Positions 9,201 through 19,219 of a stretch of DNA of 64,000 nucleotides are shown piece by piece; the first letter of the stretch is position 1; the number at the start of each line of letters is the position of its first letter. The DNA lies in the NCBI GenBank assembly GCA_052033935.1, contig JBPOJE010000011.1, forward strand, positions 139,814-203,813. The letters run 5' to 3'. Position numbers and translations under genes: made by a program. Below the pieces are notes generated by a model. That model was not told where the DNA came from and made no database searches. It saw nothing but the letters and a program-made list of their open reading frames with translations. The stretch is from Armatimonadota bacterium (GTDB lineage Bacteria > Armatimonadota > UBA5829 > DSUL01).

Positions 9201-12200
9201 CTACTCGGAGAAGGCAAGCCTCCGCGCAAGGGTGTCGGCAGCGGTCTGGAGTTCGGCGCGGGGGCCGAGCACAATCAGCGAGAAGCGCAGGCTCGTTTCG
9301 GCCGGGATGATCAGCAGGCCGCCCGCCTGCTGCGGTGATCGCCGGGCAAGCGTCGTCCACCTGTCGCCGTCCACCTCCCCCACCCACGCTTCGGCATCGC
9401 CGCCCGCGAACCCGCGCAGCCTGATCTCGCACGTTCCGAGGGGACAGAGCGCAATCTGCCCGGCATCGGCAAGCGGCTTGCCGTCCAGGCTCACAGCCAT
9501 GCACTCGGCACCGAACTCCGCCCAGTCCTTGCCCGCGAGTTTCACCGCGCCCTGCGCGATGAGGCTTGTGACCTGTCCTGCTTTGGTGATGACCAACGCC
9601 TTGCGCCCGGGTTCAATCCGAAGCTGCGTCGCGCCCGGAAGTGCGGCACCCACCGGCTTTTCGCCCCGGTTGTACAGGAACCAGGCCTGCTCGTCCGCGC
9701 CGCCCGTGCGGTAAACAATCAGCGACGGGTCGTCCGGAGTCACGGGGAAACGCTCGATGCCCGCCAGATCGAGCACCTTCGCGTACTCCAGAACCGGCAT
9801 ACCCGCCAGTTCTGCGGACACCGGGTTGAAGACCGCCTGCCCCCCGCCGCACTTGTTGAGCCACAGACCCGTTTCCGCGGCCTGATCCGCGCCGGACGCC
9901 GCGACCTCGATTGCGGGAAGCAGATTGCCGCCGGCGGCCTTCCCCGCCTGCAGCGGGGCTTGGGCTTCCTTCCGGAACTCCAGCCCGAACAGATCCTTCA
10001 ACCGATCCTGCCGCGTCCGTTTGCGCGCCGCGTCGAAGGTAATGTCGCCGGAAACGTAGAGCGTGCCGCCGCCTCCGACAAAGGACTTCAGGGACGCGAA
10101 GGCGTCGTCGCTGAGCAGATACGGCACGGGCAGAAAAACGGCTTTCGCGGAGGGCGGCAGGTCTTTCAGCGACATCTCGTTGATGACGCCAAACTCCACC
10201 CGCTGCCGGATGAGGGCGTCAATCGCGTTATACACCGCTCTGTTGACGGTCTCGCCCCCGGCGCCCATGCGGTTCAGATCGGGAACAACCAGAAACACGG
10301 CAGGCGAGGCGTACGCAGGCACAAACCCGCGCGTCGCAAGGGCAAACGCGCGAAACGCTAGCAGCGTCTCGCGCGGGACATCGTCGTTCGGCGAACTGAT
10401 GCCCCATGGGAAGACATTGTCGGGCATCTCCTTCCAGCACCAGTTGAGAACGAACGCGCCGCCGAGTCCCAGCGTGGTTCCAGCGACCTCGTAGAACCAG
10501 TCCCAGTCCGCCTCTTCGCGGGAGCGTCCCTGAATGCGCGCCTGCTGGTCGAGGAGACTGCCGAACTCACCGGCGGAGAACCCCTTGCCCGCGAAGCGCC
10601 GGTCAATGAGCTTGATCTCGTGCGGGAACTGCTCCTTTGCGCCGTAGTAGTGCTTGTTCGTGAAGTCCTGCCAGACGTTGCCCATAAGCTGGTCGGCAGC
10701 GCTCACGGTCTGAAGATACCCAACAGTGACGAGCGCCTTCGAGGCATCGCGAACCCCTGCCGCGTTTTCTGCCATCCATCTATTGAACAGCCACGCACGG
10801 AACAGGTCCTGGTCGGCGGCGCGCACGTTCGGCCAGTCGCCGGGCGTGGGCGCGAGTGAAACGCTGCCGAGTTTCTCGTCTCCGAGGTACGCACCCCAAG
10901 CCGCCGCCAGCGCCGCCTGATCGCCATACTTCTCCTGCAGGAAACGGTTCCAGAGCGCAGCGTCCGATTCGGGAGCGCCGAGTTGCACGTTTGGCTCGTT
11001 CTGCACATCGTACATCACGTGCGGGCAATCTGCGTATCGCCCCGCCACGAGCTTCGCGAACTTGCGCTGGGCAGCCAGCTCCTCGTCCGTCAGGTTCACG
11101 CCCATCCAGTCGTGCAGCGTCAGGAACAGCACGATCTGATGCCGGGCCGAAAGCTGCACCAGCGCGTCGAGCTTGCGCTCGAGCCACTTCGGGAGCCTGT
11201 CCACGCCGAGTTCCAGCGGTTTGGCGCTCGTCGTGCCGGTCTCGGAAACGACATACGGGCTGAAATGCAACACGCGCATTATGCTGAGGCCATTCGAGCG
11301 CATCGCTTTCAGGTCGCGCTCCCACACGAGCGGATTCTCGAACTCGGAAGAGAACACGGCGCCCGTCTGATTGGTCCCGATCAGAAACGCCGGAGCCTCG
11401 CCGCGCCGGAAGTAGTTGTCGCGAAAGGCGAGCGGAAACCCTTTGGCCCTGAGGGCGGGATCATCCACGCAGAACGCTGACGTCATCTCGTCTTCGAGCG
11501 ACTCGGCCACCATCTGGCAGCGCACGCGATAGAGGTCCGAAGCCCTGCCCGGCGGCACGCTCCAGATGGATTCGACGCGCTGCTCGAATCCGGCCGCTAT
11601 CTCCTGCTCGACCGGCGCGAGGGAGCCGACGGGAATCCCATCGCGGTCCTGAATCTCGAAACGCACCCACACCTTGACCGACTGTTTCGACAGATTCTCG
11701 CATACGGCGGAGAGCGTGGCGGACTCGCCGGGCTTGTACAGCGCGAGATCGGTCTTGAGCGACCGGAGATAGACCTTCTGAAGCAGCCGGTCCAGGATGT
11801 CCCCGAACTCCATGGATAGCGGCCCGCTACGCGAGAACAGATCGGTGTTCGTGACGCCGAATGCCGCCCAGCTCGAACCCTTGAACGGCCCGGCGAAGTT
11901 GTGCACGATCTGCCCGATAGCGCCCGCTTCGCGCCCGATCTGGTCGTAGCTCATCAGCAGCGGGATGCGCCTCGCGTACGCTTTGGGGAACACCGGGTCG
12001 TTCGACCCGAGCAGCGCGGAGGCGGCCCACCCCTCGAAGGGGCCGTCCAGACGGACACGCGGAATGAAGGGCACCAGCGATTCGGCGTAAGCCGCGCTCT
12101 TGAGCGGATTGGCGGGGTCGAACAGCGGAATCTGGCCGGGCTGCGGGCCGCGGCCGTCGCCGGGTATGCCGAAGCGATGGTTCAGCCCCACCGACTCTAT

Positions 12201-13238
12201 GCCTTTGTCCACCTCCTCGACCGTCAAAGACTGTTCAACCGGCAGCCAACCTCCGCCCGCCCGCACACACGGCCTGTCGAACGCATAGCCTCCCGTGGTG
12301 AACAGGCTGCCCCCGCCCGACAAAAAAGAGCGGATGGCGCCCGCGCACGGCAGGGGGTAGTAGGGGGCGGACGGGATGATGAGGATGTCGAAACTGTTGG
12401 GCGAGAGATACCCCGGGCTTTCCAGCGCCGAGGCCGAGAGCAGCGTCGCTCCGTAGCCCGCGCGCCTTGCCATCTCCGCGAGCCATTGCGGGTCGGCGGC
12501 GGACGGAGAGCCGGTCTCCTCATCTTCTTCCGTGAGCAGATCCTCCCGTTCATCCTCCACAGACGCTGCTAAAACCTCCAGCGGGTTGGCCCTGCGCTCC
12601 ACGAAATTCTCAGAGAGGATGGCGACCCTGCCCTTCTCGCCTTCCTCGGGCGTGGGCGGCGGAAGCACAGCGGGCGATGCGCCGGGCGTTTCCCCGGCGA
12701 GAATGAAGCGTATCTCCTGGAAGCTCACGTCGAGGTCCGCGAAGTTGCACCCGACCATGAGGCTGCTGGCCGCCGCCATGCCGCGCTTCCCGTCTCCGCG
12801 AGGCTCATGGCGGAAGCTGCCCACGGCTGCCTGAACGTCGTGCCAGCCTTTGGTCAGGTCGCCAAAGCCCTTGCCCTCAATGACGACCTCCTGCACCCAG
12901 GCATCACCGTCCGGCTCCTTGAGCCAGAGATGAAGCGCCGCGCCGGGCGAGGCGGAATGCTTGTAAAAGCGGAGTGACACAGCTCGCGTGGTGGGCGGCA
13001 CCTGCACCGGACGCGCGACATTTCCCCAGTGGGGGGACGAGTCGGTGTAGATGAGGCGCAGGGCCGGCGAGCCTGCCGGCTGGATTGAGGTTTCAGGGAA
13101 TGCTCTGGGCGGGTTGCCCCCGTCTTCGTTCGGCTTCCACTCGTCCACCGCGATGGCCAGATTGGGGTCTTCGGCGGCGAAGAGCGCTGCGCCACAGCCT
13201 GCCGTCAGAAGCGCCGCTGCAAAGAGTAACAGAATCAT
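9201..13238 (-). CDS. Large multidomain lipoprotein with a clan GH-A glycoside hydrolase domain (GH5/GH42-like)
   Basis: Lipoprotein signal MILLLFAAALLTAGC. TIM-barrel signatures MRVLHFSPYVV and VMYDVQNEPN (NEP acid/base motif); a possible nucleophile region at GFSAGEFG; amidotransferase-like trimerisation-type segment downstream. Single uninterrupted 1345-codon frame. Confidence 0.85.
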   Translation of the reverse strand: MILLLFAAALLTAGCGAALFAAEDPNLAIAVDEWKPNEDGGNPPRAFPETSIQPAGSPALRLIYTDSSPHWGNVARPVQVPPTTRAVSLRFYKHSASPGAALHLWLKEPDGDAWVQEVVIEGKGFGDLTKGWHDVQAAVGSFRHEPRGDGKRGMAAASSLMVGCNFADLDVSFQEIRFILAGETPGASPAVLPPPTPEEGEKGRVAILSENFVERRANPLEVLAASVEDEREDLLTEEDEETGSPSAADPQWLAEMARRAGYGATLLSASALESPGYLSPNSFDILIIPSAPYYPLPCAGAIRSFLSGGGSLFTTGGYAFDRPCVRAGGGWLPVEQSLTVEEVDKGIESVGLNHRFGIPGDGRGPQPGQIPLFDPANPLKSAAYAESLVPFIPRVRLDGPFEGWAASALLGSNDPVFPKAYARRIPLLMSYDQIGREAGAIGQIVHNFAGPFKGSSWAAFGVTNTDLFSRSGPLSMEFGDILDRLLQKVYLRSLKTDLALYKPGESATLSAVCENLSKQSVKVWVRFEIQDRDGIPVGSLAPVEQEIAAGFEQRVESIWSVPPGRASDLYRVRCQMVAESLEDEMTSAFCVDDPALRAKGFPLAFRDNYFRRGEAPAFLIGTNQTGAVFSSEFENPLVWERDLKAMRSNGLSIMRVLHFSPYVVSETGTTSAKPLELGVDRLPKWLERKLDALVQLSARHQIVLFLTLHDWMGVNLTDEELAAQRKFAKLVAGRYADCPHVMYDVQNEPNVQLGAPESDAALWNRFLQEKYGDQAALAAAWGAYLGDEKLGSVSLAPTPGDWPNVRAADQDLFRAWLFNRWMAENAAGVRDASKALVTVGYLQTVSAADQLMGNVWQDFTNKHYYGAKEQFPHEIKLIDRRFAGKGFSAGEFGSLLDQQARIQGRSREEADWDWFYEVAGTTLGLGGAFVLNWCWKEMPDNVFPWGISSPNDDVPRETLLAFRAFALATRGFVPAYASPAVFLVVPDLNRMGAGGETVNRAVYNAIDALIRQRVEFGVINEMSLKDLPPSAKAVFLPVPYLLSDDAFASLKSFVGGGGTLYVSGDITFDAARKRTRQDRLKDLFGLEFRKEAQAPLQAGKAAGGNLLPAIEVAASGADQAAETGLWLNKCGGGQAVFNPVSAELAGMPVLEYAKVLDLAGIERFPVTPDDPSLIVYRTGGADEQAWFLYNRGEKPVGAALPGATQLRIEPGRKALVITKAGQVTSLIAQGAVKLAGKDWAEFGAECMAVSLDGKPLADAGQIALCPLGTCEIRLRGFAGGDAEAWVGEVDGDRWTTLARRSPQQAGGLLIIPAETSLRFSLIVLGPRAELQTAADTLARRLAFSE

Positions 13239-13298
13239 ACGCCCGTTGCCCCCGCTCTGTTTCAATGGCCGCCCCCCTTTGCTTTGCAGGGCATTGTG

Positions 13299-13649
13299 TC
13301 ACCCTGCTTCGACCGACACATGGAGCCCGATCTGCTCCAGAACGCCCGCGACGCGCCTGCAATCATCCGGGTCCCCCGCATAGACGACAGCCAGCCCGGC
13401 CGTGTGCGCTTCGAACATGATCGCCTCGGCCTTTTCCAGGCTGTATCCGGTCGCCTTCTGAATCTGCAGGACGACCTCCTCCATCGAGTGATAGTCGTCA
13501 TTGAACAGAATGACGCGCGATGAAGGCGCGCGCTCGTCCTCGATGCCGTTGATCTGGCGGATGATCGGCTCCGCCACCGGCACCGCGGCACCCGCCCGTA
13601 ACTCAACACGCGACGGACATACTGGGGTTGATGCCTTCACGCAGCGCAT
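13299..13649 (-). CDS. clpS: ATP-dependent Clp protease adaptor ClpS
   Basis: VILFNDDYHSMEEVVLQIQKATGYSLEKAEAIMFEAHTAGLAVVYAGDPDDCRRVAGVLEQIGLHVSVE matches the ClpS core. ATG at 13649; the track ORF extends through a Lys/Arg/Pro-rich, improbable N-terminus. Confidence 0.8.
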   Translation of the reverse strand: MRCVKASTPVCPSRVELRAGAAVPVAEPIIRQINGIEDERAPSSRVILFNDDYHSMEEVVLQIQKATGYSLEKAEAIMFEAHTAGLAVVYAGDPDDCRRVAGVLEQIGLHVSVEAG

Positions 13650-13767
13650 TATATGTGCTGTGCCACGAAACTGCCGCAGTGGCAGGCAGAAAGCAGAAAT
13701 GCCGGGCGCGGCAAGGATGCTGTTGCCCGGCAAGTCAAAAACGCAAAAGGGGGCGCTTTGCGAAAGC

Positions 13768-14433
13768 CTACTCGGCGGCTTCCGATGCCTCCCCGGAGGC
13801 GGGCGCCGCCTCTTCGGCGGCTTCGGCTGCCTCTTCTGCCTCGGCCTCCGGCTCATCAACCTCGTGAACGTGGCTGACGCGGATCACAACGACCGGGTCA
13901 TCCTCAGGGCCTTCGATGACCACGTCCGGAATGCTCAGGTCGCCGATCTTCACCGAGTCGCCGATGGCGAGCCCGGAGATGTCAACCTCGATTTGAGGCG
14001 GGATATTGCCGGGCAGCGCCTGGATCGTCAACTCACGGTGGACGTGGTCGAGCGTGCCGCCCTCTTTGACGCCCGGCGATTCCCCAAGGAGCACGACGGG
14101 GACGCTGGCGGTGACTTCCTCGTCCATCGAAATGGTGTGGAAGTCAACGTGCAGCACGCCGCGGCTGACCGGATCAATCTGTATGTAATCAACAAGGACC
14201 GGCAGAGTCTGCGTCTGGCCGTTGCCTTCGATCACGAGATCAATGACGGCATTGCTGCCAGCTTCGCCCCCGACGCACGCCTTGAGGTCCGCGAGCATCA
14301 CTTTGATGCTGATTGACTCGTCAATGCGCTTGCCGTACACCGTCCCCGGAACGCCGCCGTCCCGCCGTATTGCTCTCGTATCGCTCTTCTTGAACGTTGA
14401 GCGTAGTTGCGCCGAAAGTTTCTGTCGATCCAT
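13768..14433 (-). CDS. rplY: 50S ribosomal protein L25 / general stress protein Ctc
   Basis: MDRQKLSAQLRSTFKKSDTRAIRRDGGVPGTVYGKRIDESISIKV... and the acidic C-terminal tail are typical of the L25/Ctc family. An alternative ATG lies at 14442. Confidence 0.85.
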   Translation of the reverse strand: MDRQKLSAQLRSTFKKSDTRAIRRDGGVPGTVYGKRIDESISIKVMLADLKACVGGEAGSNAVIDLVIEGNGQTQTLPVLVDYIQIDPVSRGVLHVDFHTISMDEEVTASVPVVLLGESPGVKEGGTLDHVHRELTIQALPGNIPPQIEVDISGLAIGDSVKIGDLSIPDVVIEGPEDDPVVVIRVSHVHEVDEPEAEAEEAAEAAEEAAPASGEASEAAE

Positions 14434-14800
14434 AGCACCCATGTCTGTACAGGTCTGAAGCTCTGGCATTAGAGACCTGGAAGTTTTCCTGCGCGGTCCC
14501 AGAGAACCTTGGGAGTATATCCGCGCGCCCGCCGTACAGTCAAATTCTGTTACCGGAGCGCTCGCATTCCGCGGCGGCAGGAGGGCGGATGAGCCGCGCC
14601 GAACATCTCATCCGACGGGCCACAAGAAAGATGAGAGGCAGGATCTCAGAAACTATGAAACACGATGTGAAACCCGGGAACGCCGGGAAGGCGGCCCGTA
14701 CTCTGGCCGGGTGCCTGGGTCTTGGCGCCATCGGCACGCTGATTCTGATGATCCGGGAGTGGCGGTCAGGGCGCTGACTGCCGCGCGGAGACTTCAAGCT

Positions 14801-16954
14801 ATGAACACAGACATGTGCAGGATTATCTGCTTTGCGGCGGCGGCACTGCTGATCTCAGCCGCGGCAGGACGAGGAGAGAATGCAATGAAGGACACCACAG
14901 CGGCGCTGAAGAGCGGCGACCTGGCTCTGGAGTTCTCTGTAAGAGACGGACAGCTTGCCCTGACCAGCCTGACAACCGGACGGGCGGCGTGGGTGGAGGC
15001 GCCGGCCGAGGGACAGGCGCTCTGGCAGCTTGCGCTCGGCGGACCGGGCACGCAGACCGCCGAAGTGCCCTGCACCGGACTGAAGGTGTCGCGCATCGAG
15101 GAGCGCCCGGAGCGGGTCACGATCGAATGGGCTGAAGACGCGTCTCGCGGGCTGAAGGGCGTCACGATGACTGTCCGCGCCGAGCCGAAGGCGAACATGA
15201 CGCACTGGTCGCTTTCGGCGGAGCTGGCCGAGGGCTGGCAGGTGCGGCGAGCGGACTTCCCCAGAATCCCCGGCATCACGCTGCGGCGCGGGTTGAAGTT
15301 CGCGGCCCCTGCCGGATGGGGCCTCGAGTACGGCGTGAAGCCCGGCATGTCCTACGGCGGGACGTACCCCTCGGTGATGGCCGCCATGCAGTTCGCCGCC
15401 TACTACAACGGCGGGCGCGGGCTGTACATCGGGCTGCACGACCACTCGGGCGGCCACAAGCATCTGAACGCCAGAGCAGATGCGGCAGGCGCTGCTTTCG
15501 TGTGCACGAACTGGCCCGCCATTGACAGGAAGGCGACCAGCTTCCGCCTGCCCTACGAAGCAGCCATCGGCGCATTCCGGGGCGATTACTACGAGGCGGC
15601 GCGGATCTACCGCGAGTTCACCAGCGAGACGAAGTGGGGAAAGAACCTCTCGCTGGCGAAGCGCGGCATCCCGGACTGGATGCGGGAGACCGACATCTGG
15701 CTGATGCCCGACCCCGAGCCGCTGACGAACGTCGAGCCCTGCCGGAAGGCCGCCGCTTACTTCGGCGTGCCGATTTCGCTTCACTGGTATCGCTGGCATG
15801 AGATTCCTTTCGACACGCTCTATCCCGAGTATTTCCCGGCCAAGGCGGGGTTCGTCGAGGGGATCAAGAAGCTTCAGGAAGCGGGATTCCACGTGATGCC
15901 CTACATCAACGGACGCCTCTGCGACCCGAACTCGAAGACGTGGAACGAGGAGGGCGGCAGCAAGTGGGCGGCGCGCAAAGACAGCGGAGAGCCTTACACA
16001 GAGGTGTATGGCTCGAAGGTTCCGCTGAACGTGATGTGCCCCGCGACGGAGTTCTGGCAGAACAAGGTCGCCGGCATTGTGAAGCGGCTGACACAGGAAT
16101 GCGGTGTGGACGCCGTGTACATTGACCAGATCGGCGCGGCCTATCCCGAGCGGTGCCTGGCCGAAGACCATGGCCACCTTCCCGGCGGCGGCACGTTCTG
16201 GGTGGGCGGTTACCGGCGGATGCTCGACCGGATCCGCCGCGAGCTTCCGAAGGGCAAGGCTCTCACGACGGAGGAGGACGGCGAGTGCTGGAACGACCAG
16301 CTCGACGCGCTGCTACTGGTGAACACGCCGACATCGGCGGTTGCGCGTCCGGTGCCGATCTTCCCGGCGGTTTACTCGGGCCGCGCGCTTTCGTTCGGGT
16401 TCCAGTACATCGCGGGCGACGACTTGCAGCGCTCGCTACCCTGGCGGGCGAAGATGGCGCGCGCTTTCGTATGGGGATCGCAGCTCGGATGGATCAATGT
16501 GGACAGGATCATGGACCCGAAGGTGGCCGCGGAGGCGGAATTCCTGCGCAACCTGGCGCGCTGCAGGAATCAGGGGCACGAGTTTCTTGCGTGGGGACAA
16601 TTCCTGGGAGAGGTCGCGGCAGAAGGGGACAACCCGCGCATCAAGGGAGAGGGAACGGGCTCGTTCTCGGGCACGTACCCGATTGACATGCCGTCGGTGC
16701 TGGCGTCCGCGTGGCTCTCTGATGAAGGCGCGGCTGCCGTGGCGCTGGCGAACCTGTCGGATGAGGCCCACAAAGTGACGGTGAATCTGCCGCTGAAGGC
16801 CGCCGGGGTGAACGAGGGTACCCGGTTCGAGGTGACGGTGTTCGGGCCGGAGGGCAAGCTATCATCAGCCCGAAGCTCGGACCCAGCGCAGGCTGTGAGT
16901 GTTCCGGCCCGGAGCGCGGCGCTGGTTGTGGTAAAGAGCCTGCGCTCGAAGTAG
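14801..16954 (+). CDS. Secreted hypothetical protein, possibly a TIM-barrel glycosyl-hydrolase-like enzyme
   Basis: Signal peptide MNTDMCRIICFAAAALLISAAAG. Long frame with strong coding character (FHVMPYINGRLCD, VDAVYIDQIG). Family not recognised. Confidence 0.7.
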   Translation: MNTDMCRIICFAAAALLISAAAGRGENAMKDTTAALKSGDLALEFSVRDGQLALTSLTTGRAAWVEAPAEGQALWQLALGGPGTQTAEVPCTGLKVSRIEERPERVTIEWAEDASRGLKGVTMTVRAEPKANMTHWSLSAELAEGWQVRRADFPRIPGITLRRGLKFAAPAGWGLEYGVKPGMSYGGTYPSVMAAMQFAAYYNGGRGLYIGLHDHSGGHKHLNARADAAGAAFVCTNWPAIDRKATSFRLPYEAAIGAFRGDYYEAARIYREFTSETKWGKNLSLAKRGIPDWMRETDIWLMPDPEPLTNVEPCRKAAAYFGVPISLHWYRWHEIPFDTLYPEYFPAKAGFVEGIKKLQEAGFHVMPYINGRLCDPNSKTWNEEGGSKWAARKDSGEPYTEVYGSKVPLNVMCPATEFWQNKVAGIVKRLTQECGVDAVYIDQIGAAYPERCLAEDHGHLPGGGTFWVGGYRRMLDRIRRELPKGKALTTEEDGECWNDQLDALLLVNTPTSAVARPVPIFPAVYSGRALSFGFQYIAGDDLQRSLPWRAKMARAFVWGSQLGWINVDRIMDPKVAAEAEFLRNLARCRNQGHEFLAWGQFLGEVAAEGDNPRIKGEGTGSFSGTYPIDMPSVLASAWLSDEGAAAVALANLSDEAHKVTVNLPLKAAGVNEGTRFEVTVFGPEGKLSSARSSDPAQAVSVPARSAALVVVKSLRSK

Positions 16955-17060
16955 CGCACGGAGACAGGCAGATGAGAACCATGGAAACTCCGGACCGGCT
17001 CCTTGACAAGCGGCTCCCGGGCGGCGGACAGGGGCACGAACGCCCGAAGGAAACACGGGC

Positions 17061-17897
17061 GTGACGCTGACGCTTCCGATTGTGCAGATCACCGGGCGAA
17101 CCCTGCCCGAGGTCTGGGAAAAGGCCGTCGTCGAGACCCGGCGGCGCGGGGCGCCGATCGCGACGCAGTACGATAAGCCGGGAGACCCGCCCAGCCGCGA
17201 CGCCATCTGCGTTCTCGCGGTAGCCGAGCCGATGGCGGAACCCCGCATTCACCGCGCCTTTCCCGGGGGGATTGTGGAGCTGGAAGCCTACCGGCAGGAG
17301 GTTGTGGACGGCATTCACGACCACTGGGTGAACCCGGCCGAGGGGAAGTGGGAATACACCTATCACGAACGCCTCGCCGCGTACACTGCACCCGGACTGG
17401 ACGAACCCGTGCAGCAGCTTGAGTACATCGTGGACGCGCTGGCCGAGGCCCCGCACACGCGGCGGGCGCAGGCGATCACGTGGAAGCCGTGGGTGGACGC
17501 AGGCATCCACGACCCGGCCTGCCTGCAGCGCATCTGGTGCCGCGTGTTTGACGGCGAGCTTGTGATGAACGTCCACATGCGCTCGAACGACGCCTTCAAG
17601 GCCGCGTTCATGAACATGTACGCATTCACCGACCTCCAGCGCGCCCTCGCCGTGCAGGTGTCGGAGAGGCTCGGGCGGCCGGTTCGCGCGGGGCAGTACA
17701 CGCACATCTCGGATTCGTTCCACATCTACGGGTCGTATTTCGGGGAGTTCGAGGGCTTCCTGAAAACGCTCGAGATGCGCTCGTTCGAGGAGCGGACGTA
17801 TGCGACGAGCGACGTCGCCGAGATCATGGACGGAGCGCGGCAGACGATAGCGAAGTCGCTGCGTGAGGAGGCGGAGACGGGCCGGAAGGGGCTGTAG
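17061..17897 (+). CDS. Thymidylate synthase (ThyA) family protein
   Basis: DPACLQRIWCRVFDGELVMNVHMRSNDAFKAAFMNMYAFTDLQRALAVQVSERLGRPVRAGQYTHISDSFHIYGSY aligns motif-for-motif with the ThyA core (PCH-QFYV...QRS-D-FLG-PFNIASYALL...H-Y). GTG start 17061 with a purine-rich stretch upstream. Confidence 0.7.
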   Translation: MTLTLPIVQITGRTLPEVWEKAVVETRRRGAPIATQYDKPGDPPSRDAICVLAVAEPMAEPRIHRAFPGGIVELEAYRQEVVDGIHDHWVNPAEGKWEYTYHERLAAYTAPGLDEPVQQLEYIVDALAEAPHTRRAQAITWKPWVDAGIHDPACLQRIWCRVFDGELVMNVHMRSNDAFKAAFMNMYAFTDLQRALAVQVSERLGRPVRAGQYTHISDSFHIYGSYFGEFEGFLKTLEMRSFEERTYATSDVAEIMDGARQTIAKSLREEAETGRKGL

Positions 17898-17985
17898 TTG
17901 ACTCCAGGCCGTCAGCCGCTGGAATTCGTTCCAGACGCACGGCGGAACGAGCCAGTCCCTGTTGCAGTCATGCAAGTGTAGCGCC

Positions 17986-19188
17986 ATGGATGTAGCACGG
18001 TTTTCGTTCGGCAGATGGCTCTCTGTCATGGTGGGATGCCTCTGCTTCGTCTCGGCGCCAGCATGCGCCAACATGGTCATACCGAGCATGGTGCACGTTG
18101 TCGCCGCGCCCTTTCCATTCTCCCTTGCGTTGTTCAGGCTGCCTCTCATGTTGCAGACACTCGCGCTCGTGTCGGCCGTCGAAGCAGCCATCGTGTTCCT
18201 GGCGGCTCGAAAACCCCTGTGGCGGGTGTTTGTTGACCTCTTCTGCATCAATGCGATAACGTCGGTGGCCGGCCTGCTGATGGACCCCATCGGCTCCCCC
18301 CTCTGGCCTGGCATCCTCTGGGCCTACGCCCTCACCTCCGTGCTCGAAGCGGTGATGCTGCTGATCTGGCTCTTACGCAAGGGCGGCGTTGTCAGGGCGC
18401 TAGCCCTCTCGCTGGCGATGAACGCGGCCAGCTATGCCATCGTCGGCGTCGCGCTCTACACCATGCTGAAAGGGCCCTACCAGGAGACGCGAGACCAGTA
18501 TATCCTTCAGCGCGTCAGCGGCCGGCTAGTCTCCGACACGCGGGAGGAGATTCTGCTTGGACAAGGCGACGCAAGAGTCGCGAAGGACAGCCCCGGCGCG
18601 CCCCAACTGCTTCGCCGCCAGCAGGGCACGACCAGCTACGCCGCGGTGTCTCCAGACCTCAAGGCGGGACTCGTTATCGGGGCGCCGGCCTCTGAGGTGC
18701 GCGAGCTCTCCACTGAGCGCCTCATTTGGCGCTGGACGGGTGGCGTCTCCAGCCATCCCTCGCCGGGCCTGTCCAATGAAGGGCGCAAGGTCATCTTCAG
18801 GAGCGAAGACGGTCGCGTGTTCCTTGCCGATACACGCTTGCCCCGGGTCGGCCCGATTCCAGGCGTCGAGCACGCGTGTGCGCTCGCGATTACGGCCGAT
18901 GGGGTCAGGGTCGCCCTGTGCGAAGGGGACGCCATTGCCATAGTGGACACGGAGACACTGAAGAAGGTCCACATCGAAATGGCGGTCAAGGGGCCGTATC
19001 TGTGCAGTAGCACGTGGAGCCCTGACGGACGCTACCTCGCTGTTGCGGGCAACTTCAACCGCTTCACGGCGGGCAACGCGATCGGAGTTGACGTGACGAT
19101 TATCGACACACGGACGAGGCGATGGGCGAGGCTGCCGATACGAGTGGACGACATGTGGACGCAGCGCGCCTTGACGTGGGTGGAGTAG
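17986..19188 (+). CDS. Polytopic membrane protein with a C-terminal beta-propeller-like (TolB/WD40-like) domain
   Basis: At least four hydrophobic helices at the N-terminus. C-terminal SPDGRYLAV / WTGGVSSHP repeats. ATG 17986; the track ORF begins at an upstream TTG, 17962. Confidence 0.6.
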   Translation: MDVARFSFGRWLSVMVGCLCFVSAPACANMVIPSMVHVVAAPFPFSLALFRLPLMLQTLALVSAVEAAIVFLAARKPLWRVFVDLFCINAITSVAGLLMDPIGSPLWPGILWAYALTSVLEAVMLLIWLLRKGGVVRALALSLAMNAASYAIVGVALYTMLKGPYQETRDQYILQRVSGRLVSDTREEILLGQGDARVAKDSPGAPQLLRRQQGTTSYAAVSPDLKAGLVIGAPASEVRELSTERLIWRWTGGVSSHPSPGLSNEGRKVIFRSEDGRVFLADTRLPRVGPIPGVEHACALAITADGVRVALCEGDAIAIVDTETLKKVHIEMAVKGPYLCSSTWSPDGRYLAVAGNFNRFTAGNAIGVDVTIIDTRTRRWARLPIRVDDMWTQRALTWVE

Positions 19189-19219
19189 CGCGTGATCGCC
19201 CCCACCGGGTCCGGAGCGC

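Noticed and set aside
14589-14777. 62-aa ORF containing a possible 40-aa TM mini-protein (MKHDVKPGNAGKAARTLAGCLGLGAIGTLILMIREWRSGR) in the rplY divergent promoter region
   Set aside because: No Shine-Dalgarno sequence, and it overlaps a minus-strand ORF of similar quality, so it is kept only as a remote possibility.
16962-17064. 30-aa ORF MRTMETPDRLLDKRLPGGGQGHERPKETRA ending in GTGA overlap with the thyA-family start
   Set aside because: No RBS, low-complexity, and more likely the 5' UTR of the downstream gene.
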